Shown piece after piece: positions 52,696 to 63,544 of a DNA stretch of 64,000 nt. Both the position numbers and the translations under genes were made by a program. The notes under the pieces are model-generated. The model saw only the letters and a list, made by a program, of their open reading frames with translations. It ran no database searches and was not told the DNA's origin. The DNA is taken from assembly GCA_039586095.1 (NCBI GenBank), contig JBDHLB010000007.1, positions 3,941-67,940 of the forward strand, written 5' to 3'. The DNA comes from Gemmatimonadota bacterium. GTDB lineage: Bacteria > Gemmatimonadota > Gemmatimonadetes > Palauibacterales > Palauibacteraceae. Positions within the stretch are counted from its first letter, which is position 1. The number at the start of each line of letters is the position of its first letter.

Positions 52696-53258
52696 GAAGA
52701 GACCCTCGTGATGTACTTGTCTACCGTGCGGTCCACGCGGATCACGTCCCCGATCTCTATGAACAGGGGGACCTGCACGACGGCTCCCGTGACCAGTCTG
52801 GCCGGTTTGGTCCCACCCTGCGCCGTGTCGCCGCGCACGCCCGGCTCCGTCTCGACGATCTCGAGCTCCACGTGCTGGGGGAGCTCGATAGCGAGCACCT
52901 TGCCGTCCCGTGTCAGGCCCTCACATACCATGTTCTCTTCCAGATACTGTAGCTGATCCTCGCCGATCGCCTCGGGCGACAGCGGGATCATCTCGTACGT
53001 CTCCATCTCCATGAAGTAGTAGAGCCCGCCGTCCTGATAGCTGTACTGAATCGGTCGACGCTCGAGCCGAACCTCCGTGACCCGCTCGCCGGCACGAAAC
53101 GTTTTGTCCAGTACGGCACCCGTAAGGACGTTCTTGAGCTTTGTCCGGACGAACGCTCCGCCCTTCCCCGGCTTCACGTGCTGAAAATAGGTGATCGTGA
53201 AGAGCGTTGCGTCCAGCTCGATCACCATCCCGTTGCGAAAATCAGATGTGTCGGCCAT
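52692..53258 (-). CDS. efp: elongation factor P
   Basis: 188 aa with the canonical EF-P N-terminus ([15 protein letters not shown]...[15 protein letters not shown]). Confidence 0.9.
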   Translation of the reverse strand: MADTSDFRNGMVIELDATLFTITYFQHVKPGKGGAFVRTKLKNVLTGAVLDKTFRAGERVTEVRLERRPIQYSYQDGGLYYFMEMETYEMIPLSPEAIGEDQLQYLEENMVCEGLTRDGKVLAIELPQHVELEIVETEPGVRGDTAQGGTKPARLVTGAVVQVPLFIEIGDVIRVDRTVDKYITRVSS

Positions 53259-53274
53259 GCGTCGAAAGACTCTG

Positions 53275-54381
53275 TTATAGCTCGATCAGGTCGCGGCTCA
53301 GGTGGGTGAGCAGCCGCGGACCCTGCGCGTCCACCACCACATCATCCTCGATCCGCACCCCGCCCTGAGCCGGAAGATACACGCCCGGCTCGATCGTGAC
53401 CACGTGGCCCGCCTCCAGCACATCGTCGGAGCGGCGCGCAAGCCGTGGCGCCTCATGCACTTCGAGCCCGATTCCGTGCCCCGTGCTGTGTCCGAACCGA
53501 TCGCCGAGCTCACGCGCCGCCAACACTTGGCGCGTCACTTCATCGACCTGGCTCGCTGGACGCCCCGGCTCGAGCACCTCGAGCGCGGCCGCCTGCGCCT
53601 CCAACACCGCCTCGTGGATCTCCACCTGCCAGGGGCGGGCCCGACCCAGGACGAACGTGCGAGTGATATCGGACACGTATCCCTCGACCGAGGCTCCGAA
53701 ATCGAGCAGTAGCAGATCCTTCTCTCGAATTTGCCTCTCTCCAGGCGCGGCGTGGGGCAAAGAGCTTCTCGGGCCGCTCGCTACGATCGGCTCGAAGGGC
53801 AACGGGCCGGATCCTTCGCGCCGCAACCGATACTGCAGCTCGGCGTCGAGCTCCCGTTCCGTCATCCCCTCCTCGATCGTGCCGAGCGTGGCCTGCAGCG
53901 CGCGTTCGGCCAACGCCCCGGCCGTCTCGAGCAGGCTCACCTCGTGCGCACCCTTCACGGCTCTGAGCTGCGCGACGAAGTCGGCCGTCTCCTCCCAGTG
54001 CGCTCGCGCCGCCTTCTCTCGCAGTTCGCGACTCGACCGTACGGTCAGCTCATCGCCCTCGAACCCGAGGTCCAGGTCGGCTCCCCGCTGATTCAGTCGG
54101 GCGGCCAGTTCATCGAACAGCCCGTCACGGGCAAGCCACAAGGTGGCAGCTGGAGGCAGTTCCGCGGCTGCCTGTTCTTCGTAGCGAAAGTCCGTGATCA
54201 GGTACGCGGCATCATCGGCGAGGACGAGGAGGAGACCGCTCGATCCCGAGAATCCGCACAGATACCGCACGTTGGCCGGCCGACCCACGAGCAGGCCATC
54301 CAGGCCGATGTCGCGAAACTTGAGGCGTAAGCGGTCCAGTCGTGACGTATAGAGCGTCGCTGCGGCGGTCCCGGTCTCCAC
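53275..54381 (-). CDS. pepP: Xaa-Pro aminopeptidase (M24B)
   Basis: Creatinase N-terminal-like region plus M24 metal ligands (D...D...HGIGL.VHE...E..V.TIEPG). The neighbour is efp. Confidence 0.8.
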   Translation of the reverse strand: METGTAAATLYTSRLDRLRLKFRDIGLDGLLVGRPANVRYLCGFSGSSGLLLVLADDAAYLITDFRYEEQAAAELPPAATLWLARDGLFDELAARLNQRGADLDLGFEGDELTVRSSRELREKAARAHWEETADFVAQLRAVKGAHEVSLLETAGALAERALQATLGTIEEGMTERELDAELQYRLRREGSGPLPFEPIVASGPRSSLPHAAPGERQIREKDLLLLDFGASVEGYVSDITRTFVLGRARPWQVEIHEAVLEAQAAALEVLEPGRPASQVDEVTRQVLAARELGDRFGHSTGHGIGLEVHEAPRLARRSDDVLEAGHVVTIEPGVYLPAQGGVRIEDDVVVDAQGPRLLTHLSRDLIEL

Positions 54382-54383
54382 CG

Positions 54384-54818
54384 CTAGCCCTCCAGGTGCT
54401 CGATCAGGGCGTCGAGCGCCAACAGGTAGCTGTTCTCCTTGAACCCGGCGATCACTCCGACCGCCAGATCCGCCAGCAGGGATGTATGACGGAACGGCTC
54501 CCGGCTGTACACGTTGGAGAGATGGAGCTCGACGAACGGTCGTCCGGCGGAGCCGAGCGCCTCACGGAGAGCCCGGCCGGTATGCGTCAAACGACCTGCG
54601 TTGACCAGCCAGCCATCGACGGAAGACGCCCGACTCGCGATCCAATCCACCAGCGCCGGTTCGTCATCGGCCTGGAAGAAATCGAGCCGGACATCGCGGG
54701 ACCGGGCACGCTCGGCGAGCATAGCCTCGATCTCGGGCAGCGTCTTTCGTCCGTAATGGGTCGGGTCGCGCTGCCCGAGGAGGTTGAGCTTCGGGCCGTT
54801 CACCACCCCGATCCGCAA
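54384..54818 (-). CDS. aroQ: type II 3-dehydroquinate dehydratase
   Basis: 144 aa starting [23 protein letters not shown], the AroQ signature. Confidence 0.85.
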   Translation of the reverse strand: [144 protein letters not shown]

Positions 54819-54822
54819 GCTG

Positions 54823-56055
54823 TCACACTCCCCGAATGGCTCTTAGCCAACGCTCGAACCGGGATCCTCCGCTCCCCTCAGACGGGTCTCCGGCAGGGCG
54901 TCCTTCGAGCAGGTCGTCGAGGTATCGACGGATCGAGGGTCCCGTGGGCGCCTCCTCGTGCGCCGTACGCGCCGCATGAGCCGCTGGGCTCGCGGATTCT
55001 CGCGCCTCTTCCGGCACCGCTTTGGGAGTCTTGGCCTGCGGAGCCGAAGTCGAGGATCGGCGGGCCACCCGGGCTCGTGCAGCCTTCAACTTCTCGGCCA
55101 GCTCGAGGTCGTCGGGCCGGCGGGCCACGAGGCGCTCGTAGATCCGGACCGCTTCGTCGATCAGACCCTGCTGCAGATAGAGATCCGCCAGCGTCGGGGT
55201 GACGAGCTCGTCGGTGGGTCTCTCCGACCTCATCTCGCGGTCCTTTTCTCCCTTCTCGCCTTCGACAACGTCATCGGTTTCGTCCCCCGGAGCGGTCTCG
55301 GAGGCTGCACCTCCGGTCTCCCGAGCGACCGCTTCCAGCTCGTCGACCGCTTCTTCGCGCATCTCCCCACCCGATTCTCCCACGACCGCCTCCGCTGGTT
55401 CGGGCATCGCTCCGCCCGCTGATTCACTCGTGGGCCCCTCGCCCGTCCGTGGAACCGGGGCCTGTTGTGGCGCGGTCTCGGCTCCCGCCGCGGGTTTCCT
55501 TGCAGGCGCGGCTTCGCCTGCCGGCGTGGATTCCGCTTCCGGCGCCAGCGGCTCGACCCGCCGAGTTTCGGCGTGCGCCACTGCGTCTCGCGAGGGGGAT
55601 GGGGACTCCGCCGAGGTGGGGAGACGGTCCAGCAGGGCTCTGACCGGCTCCTCCGCGAAAGGTTCCGCTTCCAGAAGCCGGGCGTACCAGTCGCGAGCCA
55701 CCTCGAAGTCACCCGCCTCTCCCGCCAGGTCGCCGAGCGCGCGCAGGGCCACCTGGTTGGACACATCGATCTCGAGGACGGCTTCGAAGGCGCTCACGGC
55801 ATCCGCTCTCCGGCCCAGATCGCGCAGCACTCGAGCCCGCACCAGACGCGCGTTGAGGTAGTCGGGATGACGGTGCAGACCTCGATCGACGACTTCGAGC
55901 GCTCGGCTGAGGAGCCCGGCCTTGCGGTATGCGTCGGCAAGGCGTGCGAAAACGAGACCGGCGGGATCGCCAGCGACCCGTCGCTCGAGAGACCGGATAT
56001 CGTCTGTAAATGTCGCGTTCAGAGACATACTCATGAAGGGAAGCAGTCCGGACAC
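54823..56055 (-). CDS. TPR-repeat protein with acidic Pro/Ala-rich linker
   Basis: N-terminal TPR units, an approximately 120-aa low-complexity PEA-rich region, then C-terminal helical repeats. Confidence 0.6.
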   Translation of the reverse strand: MSGLLPFMSMSLNATFTDDIRSLERRVAGDPAGLVFARLADAYRKAGLLSRALEVVDRGLHRHPDYLNARLVRARVLRDLGRRADAVSAFEAVLEIDVSNQVALRALGDLAGEAGDFEVARDWYARLLEAEPFAEEPVRALLDRLPTSAESPSPSRDAVAHAETRRVEPLAPEAESTPAGEAAPARKPAAGAETAPQQAPVPRTGEGPTSESAGGAMPEPAEAVVGESGGEMREEAVDELEAVARETGGAASETAPGDETDDVVEGEKGEKDREMRSERPTDELVTPTLADLYLQQGLIDEAVRIYERLVARRPDDLELAEKLKAARARVARRSSTSAPQAKTPKAVPEEARESASPAAHAARTAHEEAPTGPSIRRYLDDLLEGRPAGDPSEGSGGSRFERWLRAIRGV

Positions 56056-56261
56056 TTCCGGGTATACGACAACTCGAACATGAAAAACTTACGGACCGGC
56101 TTTTTCAGATGCGAATCCGATGAGTCGCTCGTTTGCGAGGTCCAGGGCGGCGCGGATACGTTTCGGGCCTTCGACAGGGGAACTCCGCGGCCGGCCTCCG
56201 GCCGCTTGGCTTTTGTGCAAGGCCTGCGCAATCAGACAGACGGGGAGGTAAGGATCCCAAG

Positions 56262-58094
56262 ATGGTAATGCGGTCGATGCGCGACAGCGCGAAGTGGGTG
56301 ATGCTGGTGCTGTCCATCGCGTTCGTGGGCTGGCTGGTGCTCGACTGGGTCACAAGTCGAGGCGGAGCCGGCGTCGCGGAGGCGAACCCGGTGGTCGCGA
56401 CGGTCCGCGGGCGGGACGTGCGTTACTCGCAGTGGAACCTGTACCTCCAGAATCAGCTCGCGCTCGCCAGGCAACAGCGTCCGTCCGGTCTCACGGACGA
56501 AGAGGTGCGACTTGTCAGGGAGGGGGCGTGGAACGAGATGATCTCCGGCATCCTGCTCGAACAGGAGATCGACCGCCTGGGAATCCGCATATCCGACCGC
56601 GAGATCCGCGACGCGTTTCGCAACCAGCCGCCGCCGGAGTTCCAGACACACCCGGCCTTTCAGACCGATGGACAGTTCGACATCGAGAAGTACCGGCAGT
56701 ACTTCGTCGGGCCGGCCGTCGACGAGACGCTCCTGCTGCAGCTGGAGGGATATTATAGAGAGACGCTGCCGCGCGAGCGGCTGATCAACATGGTCGCAGA
56801 CGGCGTCGTCGTATCGGACGCGGAATTGTGGCAGTCGTTCCGGGATAGCCGTGAGACCGTCACGGTGCGGCTGCTCAGCATCGATCCGGCCGTCGAGGTC
56901 GCGGACACCGCGGTCCAGGTCACGGACGCGGAGATTCGTGCCGACTACCGTGAGCGTCAGGACGACTTCGCGAAACCGGCCACGGCCACTGTAAACCTGG
57001 TCAGCCTCCCCTTCCTGCCTTCGGCCGCCGATTCGGCTGCCGCGCGCCAGCGAGCGGACTCGCTCTACCAGGTCATCTCCTCGGGCGAGGCAACCTTTGA
57101 GGATGTGGCCCGTGCCGCGTCTGCCGATTCGGCCACGCGCGAGAACGGCGGAAACCTCGGCCCGCGCGTGCGCGGGCAGCTCGACCCGGCGATCGAGGAC
57201 CTGGCCTTCTCGACCCGTGTGGGACGCGTGGCCGAGCCCGTGCTCACACCATTTGGTCATCAACTCATCCGTGTGGATTCACGGTCGAGCGATACCGTCA
57301 GTTTGCACCGCATTCTCGTTCCCGTAGACGTCTCGCCCGTGACGGAAGACGTCGTGTTCGATGCGATGGACGAGCTGGAGGGCGTCGCACTCATGGCCGA
57401 TCTGGTGACGGCCGCGGACTCGCTCGGGATCGAAGTGAGGCGGGACGTCGTGCTCACCGAGGGGTCCGGGTTTGTTCCGGGGGCCGGAGCTCTCGGGGTG
57501 GCGGTCGAATGGGCCCTGGACCCGGAGACCATCCCGGGGGACTTGAGCCAGTTCTTCCAGACGCCCACGGCCTATCACGTCCTGGAGCTCCTGGATCGCG
57601 CACCGGCCGGCGTGTATTCGCTGGAGGAGGTGGAAAGTGACATCGAGCGACGGCTGCTCGCAGAGAAGCGGAAGGAGCGAGCCCGCGAGCTTGTCGGCGG
57701 GGTCGTGGAGGCGCTCGAGGCCGGCGCCACCTTTGAAGAATTCGCCGAGCGTCCCGGCTGGGTCATGCGGGACAGCGTGACCTTCAGCCGGCTGGAGTTC
57801 GTGCCCGGTCTCGGTCAGGGCACGGAAGCGATCGGCGTAGCGTTCGGTCTGGAGGCCGGCGAACTCAGCGGCGTCGTCGACGCAGGCGATTTTCTCGCTA
57901 TATTACAGGTTGTTGACAAGACGACGGTTACGAGAGATGAGTTCGAGCAGATTAGAGAGAGCCTGCGCCAGCAGATGACCTTCCAGCGACGCCAGATTTA
58001 CGTGCAGCAGTGGCTCGACGCACTGCGAGAGAACGCGGACGTGATCGACTTCAGGGACCAACTGGCGGCTGCCGCTGCGGCTGCCGGCGTCTAG
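56262..58094 (+). CDS. periplasmic chaperone/peptidyl-prolyl isomerase of the PpiD/SurA family
   Basis: ATG at 56262 with a GGGGAGG RBS, an N-terminal TM helix, a SurA-N-like chaperone domain, and a central parvulin-like region. Confidence 0.7.
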   Translation: MVMRSMRDSAKWVMLVLSIAFVGWLVLDWVTSRGGAGVAEANPVVATVRGRDVRYSQWNLYLQNQLALARQQRPSGLTDEEVRLVREGAWNEMISGILLEQEIDRLGIRISDREIRDAFRNQPPPEFQTHPAFQTDGQFDIEKYRQYFVGPAVDETLLLQLEGYYRETLPRERLINMVADGVVVSDAELWQSFRDSRETVTVRLLSIDPAVEVADTAVQVTDAEIRADYRERQDDFAKPATATVNLVSLPFLPSAADSAAARQRADSLYQVISSGEATFEDVARAASADSATRENGGNLGPRVRGQLDPAIEDLAFSTRVGRVAEPVLTPFGHQLIRVDSRSSDTVSLHRILVPVDVSPVTEDVVFDAMDELEGVALMADLVTAADSLGIEVRRDVVLTEGSGFVPGAGALGVAVEWALDPETIPGDLSQFFQTPTAYHVLELLDRAPAGVYSLEEVESDIERRLLAEKRKERARELVGGVVEALEAGATFEEFAERPGWVMRDSVTFSRLEFVPGLGQGTEAIGVAFGLEAGELSGVVDAGDFLAILQVVDKTTVTRDEFEQIRESLRQQMTFQRRQIYVQQWLDALRENADVIDFRDQLAAAAAAAGV

Positions 58095-58133
58095 CGCCGC
58101 GCGCTGTCGCCGGCCCGCCAGCGACCGCCGCCC

Positions 58134-58364
58134 TCAGGCGGGAGGTGAGCCGGTCGAGCCAGAGGTAGACGAGGACTGCGTCTCATCGTTGGTCGGACCG
58201 CCAATCTCCCCCTTCACCTCGCCCTCCACCTCTCGGATGGAGTCTTTGAACTCTCGGATCCCCTTCCCCAGGGATCCGCCGATCTCGGGTAGACGCTTCG
58301 CGCCGAAGAGGAGCAATACGACCATGAAGATGGCCAGCAGCTCCCAGATTCCCAATCCAAACAT
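58134..58364 (-). CDS. tatA: twin-arginine translocase subunit TatA/E
   Basis: 76 aa with GIWELLAIFMVVLLLFGAKRLPEIGGSLGKGIREFK, the TatA signature. Confidence 0.8.
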   Translation of the reverse strand: MFGLGIWELLAIFMVVLLLFGAKRLPEIGGSLGKGIREFKDSIREVEGEVKGEIGGPTNDETQSSSTSGSTGSPPA

Positions 58365-58417
58365 TCTCTCCTCCGATTGACCCTCGTTGCGCGCCGACCG
58401 CCAGCGCCGCTGTCGCG

Positions 58418-58702
58418 CTATAGCAGCGAGCGCGCGAACCAGGCGACCAGAAGGATACCGACTGCGCTCAGGAAATTCACGCGGAGAATCAGCGGGCCGA
58501 GCGTCAAGGCGATCACCTGCAGGTCGACCGTGAGGGGGCCGAGCGAGGCCGATACAGTGGTAATGAAGAACTGTCTAGCAGCGCTGGGGGGTAGCACGCG
58601 GGCGACGAGCTCCGTTACCAGAGCCCCCAGGATGAACCCGCCGGCAATGATGCCCACGATTCGGCGAGCCGATTTCTCTCGTCTGAGTCCCAGGTCTGAC
58701 AC
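58418..58702 (-). CDS. small membrane protein (DUF4321-like)
   Basis: 94 aa with two hydrophobic segments. Confidence 0.5.
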   Translation of the reverse strand: MSDLGLRREKSARRIVGIIAGGFILGALVTELVARVLPPSAARQFFITTVSASLGPLTVDLQVIALTLGPLILRVNFLSAVGILLVAWFARSLL

Positions 58703-59721
58703 TATCGTTCCCTGTTGACCACGTAGTCCACCGCCATACCCAGGGCGTCCCGCGCCGCCCCGTCCGGGAGCGCATCGAGCTGTGTGCGCGCGCGCCCCGC
58801 CATGCGTTCGGCTTCGTCGCGGGCCACGGCGAGGCCGTCGAAGGTCTCGACCGCCTCGATCACCGCCTCCACAAGATCGCTGGTCGGCTCGGGATCCGCG
58901 AACAGCTCCTCCACCCGAGCCCGCTCCGCGGCCCCCATCCGAGGCAATGCAGCTATGAGGGGCAGTGTGACCTTGTGCTCCCGCAGATCCAGGCCGCTCG
59001 GCTTCCCGGTGACCGAGGCGGACGCGGTATAGTCTAGCAGGTCATCGGCAATCTGAAAGGCCATGCCGAGGTGGTACCCGTAGGCCTTCATTTCGGCGCG
59101 GAAGCGCGGGTCGCCCGACATCGCCCCCAGTTCGCAGGCCGTAGACATGAGCGACGCCGTCTTGGCCTCGCACAGGAGTCGATAGTCCTCCGAAGAGAAT
59201 CCCAAGGCATCGTGCGACACCAGCTGCCGCATTTCACCGATCGTCATACGATTCGCGGTATTCGCCAGCATGGCGATCGCCTCGAGGTCGCCGAGCGCCG
59301 TGATCTCGATCACCGCGCGCGAGTAGAGGTAGTCGCCCATGATCACCGCGACCTGATGCGTCCACCGAGCGTTGACGGTCGGCATTCCACGGCGCTGCAC
59401 GGAATGATCCACCGAGTCGTCGTGGACGAGCGTGGCGACATGCAGCAGCTCTACGATGGCTCCCAGTTTGACGCCGTCGGCGGAAGCACGCCCACCGAGC
59501 TCGCTGGCCAGCAGCAGAAGCGTCGGCCGGAAGAGCTTTCCGTGTCCCGAGAACAGGTACTTGTTGACCTCTTCGATGGCCTCGAAGTCCGCAGGGATCA
59601 GTGCGGTCAGCTCTGCCGCCACCTGCTCCAGGCGAGTCTGGATGGGCGCTCTGATTGCGGACAGCGCGGATGATGTGGTTTCAAGCATCTCTCGAGCCGG
59701 GTCGTCGGTCGGCGGCCACAC
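58702..59721 (-). CDS. ispB: polyprenyl diphosphate synthase (octaprenyl/heptaprenyl-PP synthase type)
   Basis: FARM region LVHDDSVDHSVQRRG and the second aspartate-rich motif FQIADDLLD. Consistent with the menaquinone side-chain pathway. Confidence 0.8.
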   Translation of the reverse strand: MWPPTDDPAREMLETTSSALSAIRAPIQTRLEQVAAELTALIPADFEAIEEVNKYLFSGHGKLFRPTLLLLASELGGRASADGVKLGAIVELLHVATLVHDDSVDHSVQRRGMPTVNARWTHQVAVIMGDYLYSRAVIEITALGDLEAIAMLANTANRMTIGEMRQLVSHDALGFSSEDYRLLCEAKTASLMSTACELGAMSGDPRFRAEMKAYGYHLGMAFQIADDLLDYTASASVTGKPSGLDLREHKVTLPLIAALPRMGAAERARVEELFADPEPTSDLVEAVIEAVETFDGLAVARDEAERMAGRARTQLDALPDGAARDALGMAVDYVVNRER

Positions 59722-59827
59722 CTCCGTGGCTGCGCGGCGCGGAACGGCGCGAAAATGTAGGAGACGAAGGAGAGGAAGGCGAGTCGGACCAGCGTGGCCC
59801 GGTGAAGCGGCAACGGGCGCCGGGGTC

Positions 59828-62800
59828 TCAGGCCAGCCTGGCGCAGGTGTTGATTCGGTCCTTCACGTCCTTGTAATCAATGTCGACGCTGAACACGCGC
59901 TCGTAGCAATCGAGGGCGAGCTGGAACTCGTTCACCGTCTCGTACGCGACGCCCAGCTGATACAGCACGCCCAGCATCTCCCGGTCGGAGCGGCCGGCTT
60001 CCTCCAACGCGCGTGAGAGGATGCGTGTCGCCACACGCGCCTGACCCTTCTCGACGAACGCTTCGCCCAGGAGCTCGTAGGCGGTCGGAGGCGCCTCGGG
60101 CTCGCGGATTGCCGCCTGAAGCTCGCGGATCGCGTCATCGAGGAGACCCATCGACTTGAGGTTCGCACCCAACTCCGTGCGGGAACGCGTGTCGGCCTCC
60201 ACGTTCGTCTCCGCGAGCTCGGCCCGGAACTCCGAGACCAGTTTCTCGAAGTCGAGCGTCGCCTCAGTACCCCCCGCAACTCCGTCGTAGGGGCGGACTT
60301 CCGGCTCCACCCCTATGGGTGCGGTGGCGGTGTGTTGCGGTGGCGGCGGCGGGCGGGTCGCCGCGATTCCCGCGCTGATCGATGGGCTGAATCTCGAGTC
60401 AATCATGGCGTCCTTCCGAGCCTCTGCCGATATGGCAGCGGTCTCGCTCGAACCGACCTCCTCGATGGCTGCAAGCGCCGGACCGTTTTCGGGCTCGAGT
60501 TGCAGCACCTGCCCGTACGCCCACCGAGCCGTCTCGATGTCGGCAACGGATTCGGCGTTGGCCGCCACGGTGAGGTATCCGTCCACGGCCTCGGTTTTCC
60601 GTCCCAACTGGCCGGCGATTCGAGCCCGCTGCTTCAGGAGTCCCAGATCGTCCGGCTGGGCCGCGAGCTGCCGATCGAGTATCAGTATCGCTTTTTCGTG
60701 CTCTCCTCGACGGTCAAGCTCGTCGAACGCCGCCGGCAGCGCTCTGAGCGGCGCGGTCTGCACGAACTTGAGGAAGGGATCTTCCACCGGATCGATGGAG
60801 GCTTGAGCCGGCACAGGCCGCGGGGGTGCCTCGGCGGCCTGTGCCGGTTCGGGTGCTGGCTCGATCGCTGGCTCGATCGGACGGGCGGGCTCGCTGTCCT
60901 CCTCGACGGCTGCTTCGATCGCTTCGAGTTCGTCCTCGGGTGCGGGCTCCAGAGAAGCCTCGCTGGCTTCCGGCTCGAGCGGTAGTTCGGGCTCGACCGG
61001 ACCCTCGATCGCTTCGCACTCGGGCAAAGACTCTTCGACGGGACGCTCCGGTGCCAGCTCGGCGGCCTTCTCTTCCGGTTCCCGTCCGAGCTCGGATGCC
61101 AACTCGACGGTCGGTTCGAGCGCTGCAGGCTCAGGCTCGAGCTCGGGTCCGACATCCGGAGGCGCCTCGGCCATCGCCGCCGCCGGCTCCCCATCCGGAT
61201 CCGGCTCCGCCACCGGCTCCACATCGCGAGCGGCTTCCGCTGCAGCAGCAACCGCTCGAGTTTCCAGCTCGGTGCGGCAGTCCACGAAATGACTCCAGGC
61301 GTCTGCCAGCGCCGCGGGACTGGCGAGAGCGAGCCCGAACGCCTCCATGGCCTGTTCCAGCTCACCCTGCCCTCTGAATCGAATCCCGATCTCGAGTTGC
61401 TCTTCGAAGGGGTCGCAATCCGCCTCGGCTCCGTCGATGAGGGGGCCGTGCAGTTGGAGGGGCCGTGGCAGTTCAGCGAGTGGCTCGGCGACCTCGGTAA
61501 AGCGGGCGAGATCTCCGTGCCCAACGGCCTCGGACTCTTCGGTGGATGACTCTCCTTCTTCGACCTGTAGCGAAGTGGAAGGCGTGACAGGTGCGTGGTG
61601 AATGGAATCACGCTCGCAGGGATCGAGGTCCACCCGGCGACCTGCCTCTGGCCGTGCCAACCCTGCGAGTCCGAGGCTCTCAGCGGACACGACGTCGGGC
61701 AGAACGGACTCCTCGGACAGTTCCAGCGCAGGCGGAGTCAAGACGAAGTGCAGGGGTACGGTCGTGACCGACGAGTCGGATCCCGTCGCGGCGACTTCCA
61801 TGGCGCCGGAGCCATGCCGCAGGGCCGTGAGCAACTCCCCCAGGCTGGGCCCGCCATTGGTCGGCCGTTCCTCGCGTTCAAGCTCAACCTCGAAAGGCAG
61901 TTCGAACGGCACCGGCCCGTCCAGCTTCGTGACACTCTCCGATCGGAACAGATCGGACGGCACCGAAGGAGCGAGTTGATCGATAGCCGAGATGGGCTCG
62001 GGAACCTCGCCCTCGAACCGGCACATCGACGGACCGTTCGGAGATTCGTGGACCGCCCCCTCGACACGCTCCAGCTCCGGCGCGACCTCTATGGTGTGGG
62101 AGCCTGAGGTAAGAGCTGTGGGCGTTTCGATCCGCCAGGAGCTCGGTTCGACTTCGTCAGGCATGAGCAACGGAACAGCCGAGAAGGCAAACGTCGCAGG
62201 CGACCCCTCGGTCGGCGCTCTACTGTCGGCCCAATGCGGCCGACGCGCTGCAGGTCCGACTCCCGGCTCTTGAGCGACGCCCTCGACCGGGAACAAAGAC
62301 CAGCTGGCGGGCGTCAGAGGGGCCTCCGTGCTCTCGGGACGGGCAGGCGCGTGCACGATAGCCCGCGTCAGATAGTGCCAGACAGGTGGCTCGAGCGTCT
62401 CAGGCTCGGGCGCTCGTAGTGGCTCCTCTCTGCCGATCGCGTCGAAAACCGGAGGTTCCAGATCCCTCTGGACCGGGAACGGGGGAGGCAGAGTGATGCG
62501 TTCTCGTTCAGGGAGTGAATCCACGACCTCGGCCGGCATATCGGCTTCGACCACGGCCGGTGAGATCGGATCGCTCCCAACCTCAGATGTCCCGAACCCG
62601 TCGCCAAGGTCCTGAACGGGGGCACGGTCGAGGTCGTCCGCCAGATCGGCGAGTACGGGCTCGAGCGTGGAAACCAGGGGCTCGCTCTCCGGCAATGGCG
62701 GGTCGCTTTCCGGGGCCGGTGGCTCAGATTCGACTGCCGGCTCGGCGTCGAGGCTGACGGACGATGTATCCGACCCGTCGTCCTCCGACGTCGTGAGCGA

Positions 62801-63544
62801 GTCATCGTCGAGCTCGGCAACCAGTTCATCCAGCGCGCCGGTCACGACGGTCGCTGCCGGAGGATCGGAGAGTTCCGCGGCGATATCGTCGATCGAATCA
62901 GGCCCCACGTCTGCCGGTGCCCAACTCTTGAGCGCGGCGACAGCCGCATCGACGGCTTGCACGTCGCCTTGGCCGAGCTCTGCATGTCCGCGTAGCGACT
63001 TCAGCCGCCCCTCGGCCTCTTCCCCTCCCGTCTCGACGATCCATTCCAGTAAGGCCTTCAGGGCGGGCGCATCTCCCGTCGCCCTCACGGAGTCCTCGAG
63101 CGCCTCGATCGCTTCGGACTCGTGCCCCAACTTCTCCATCTCGACCAGGAAGCGCTGATAATGCAGCCGGGCGTCTGCATCCAGCTCGGTCGCCGCATGG
63201 AGGCGTGCCAGGTGTAGATAGATGCCCACTCGCGTGGGGAGGATGCGGAGGACTTTGTTGCATAGCGCGATCGCGCTGGTGTGAAGGTCTTGCTCGGTGT
63301 AATGCTCGTAGAAGGAGACCGCCTTCTCACGCTTCCCGAGCTTCAGATGGATATCCCCGATGCGGTTGTAGAGACTGACGTCGATCGCCGGCGAGTCCTC
63401 CGCATCGCCGACAGCGATGGCCTCGTTATAGAGCTCGAGGGCTTTCGTCCAATGCTCTCGGTGCTCCTCCCGTCGCGCCCGGTTCTTCAGGCGAGTCACG
63501 GGATCCGCAGACCCTCGACGACCGACTCCACGCCTCGCCTTCAT
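59828..63544 (-). CDS. very large TPR protein with an approximately 700-aa acidic Pro/Glu-rich disordered core
   Basis: N-terminal TPR (HWTKALELYNEAIAVGD...KLGKREKAVSFYEHY). A long low-complexity PE/EP/AE region. C-terminal TPR (...LGVLYQLGVAYETVNEFQLALDCYERVF). The ORF-track N-terminus (to 63727) is Arg-rich and doubtful. Confidence 0.6.
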   Translation of the reverse strand: MKARRGVGRRGSADPVTRLKNRARREEHREHWTKALELYNEAIAVGDAEDSPAIDVSLYNRIGDIHLKLGKREKAVSFYEHYTEQDLHTSAIALCNKVLRILPTRVGIYLHLARLHAATELDADARLHYQRFLVEMEKLGHESEAIEALEDSVRATGDAPALKALLEWIVETGGEEAEGRLKSLRGHAELGQGDVQAVDAAVAALKSWAPADVGPDSIDDIAAELSDPPAATVVTGALDELVAELDDDSLTTSEDDGSDTSSVSLDAEPAVESEPPAPESDPPLPESEPLVSTLEPVLADLADDLDRAPVQDLGDGFGTSEVGSDPISPAVVEADMPAEVVDSLPERERITLPPPFPVQRDLEPPVFDAIGREEPLRAPEPETLEPPVWHYLTRAIVHAPARPESTEAPLTPASWSLFPVEGVAQEPGVGPAARRPHWADSRAPTEGSPATFAFSAVPLLMPDEVEPSSWRIETPTALTSGSHTIEVAPELERVEGAVHESPNGPSMCRFEGEVPEPISAIDQLAPSVPSDLFRSESVTKLDGPVPFELPFEVELEREERPTNGGPSLGELLTALRHGSGAMEVAATGSDSSVTTVPLHFVLTPPALELSEESVLPDVVSAESLGLAGLARPEAGRRVDLDPCERDSIHHAPVTPSTSLQVEEGESSTEESEAVGHGDLARFTEVAEPLAELPRPLQLHGPLIDGAEADCDPFEEQLEIGIRFRGQGELEQAMEAFGLALASPAALADAWSHFVDCRTELETRAVAAAAEAARDVEPVAEPDPDGEPAAAMAEAPPDVGPELEPEPAALEPTVELASELGREPEEKAAELAPERPVEESLPECEAIEGPVEPELPLEPEASEASLEPAPEDELEAIEAAVEEDSEPARPIEPAIEPAPEPAQAAEAPPRPVPAQASIDPVEDPFLKFVQTAPLRALPAAFDELDRRGEHEKAILILDRQLAAQPDDLGLLKQRARIAGQLGRKTEAVDGYLTVAANAESVADIETARWAYGQVLQLEPENGPALAAIEEVGSSETAAISAEARKDAMIDSRFSPSISAGIAATRPPPPPQHTATAPIGVEPEVRPYDGVAGGTEATLDFEKLVSEFRAELAETNVEADTRSRTELGANLKSMGLLDDAIRELQAAIREPEAPPTAYELLGEAFVEKGQARVATRILSRALEEAGRSDREMLGVLYQLGVAYETVNEFQLALDCYERVFSVDIDYKDVKDRINTCARLA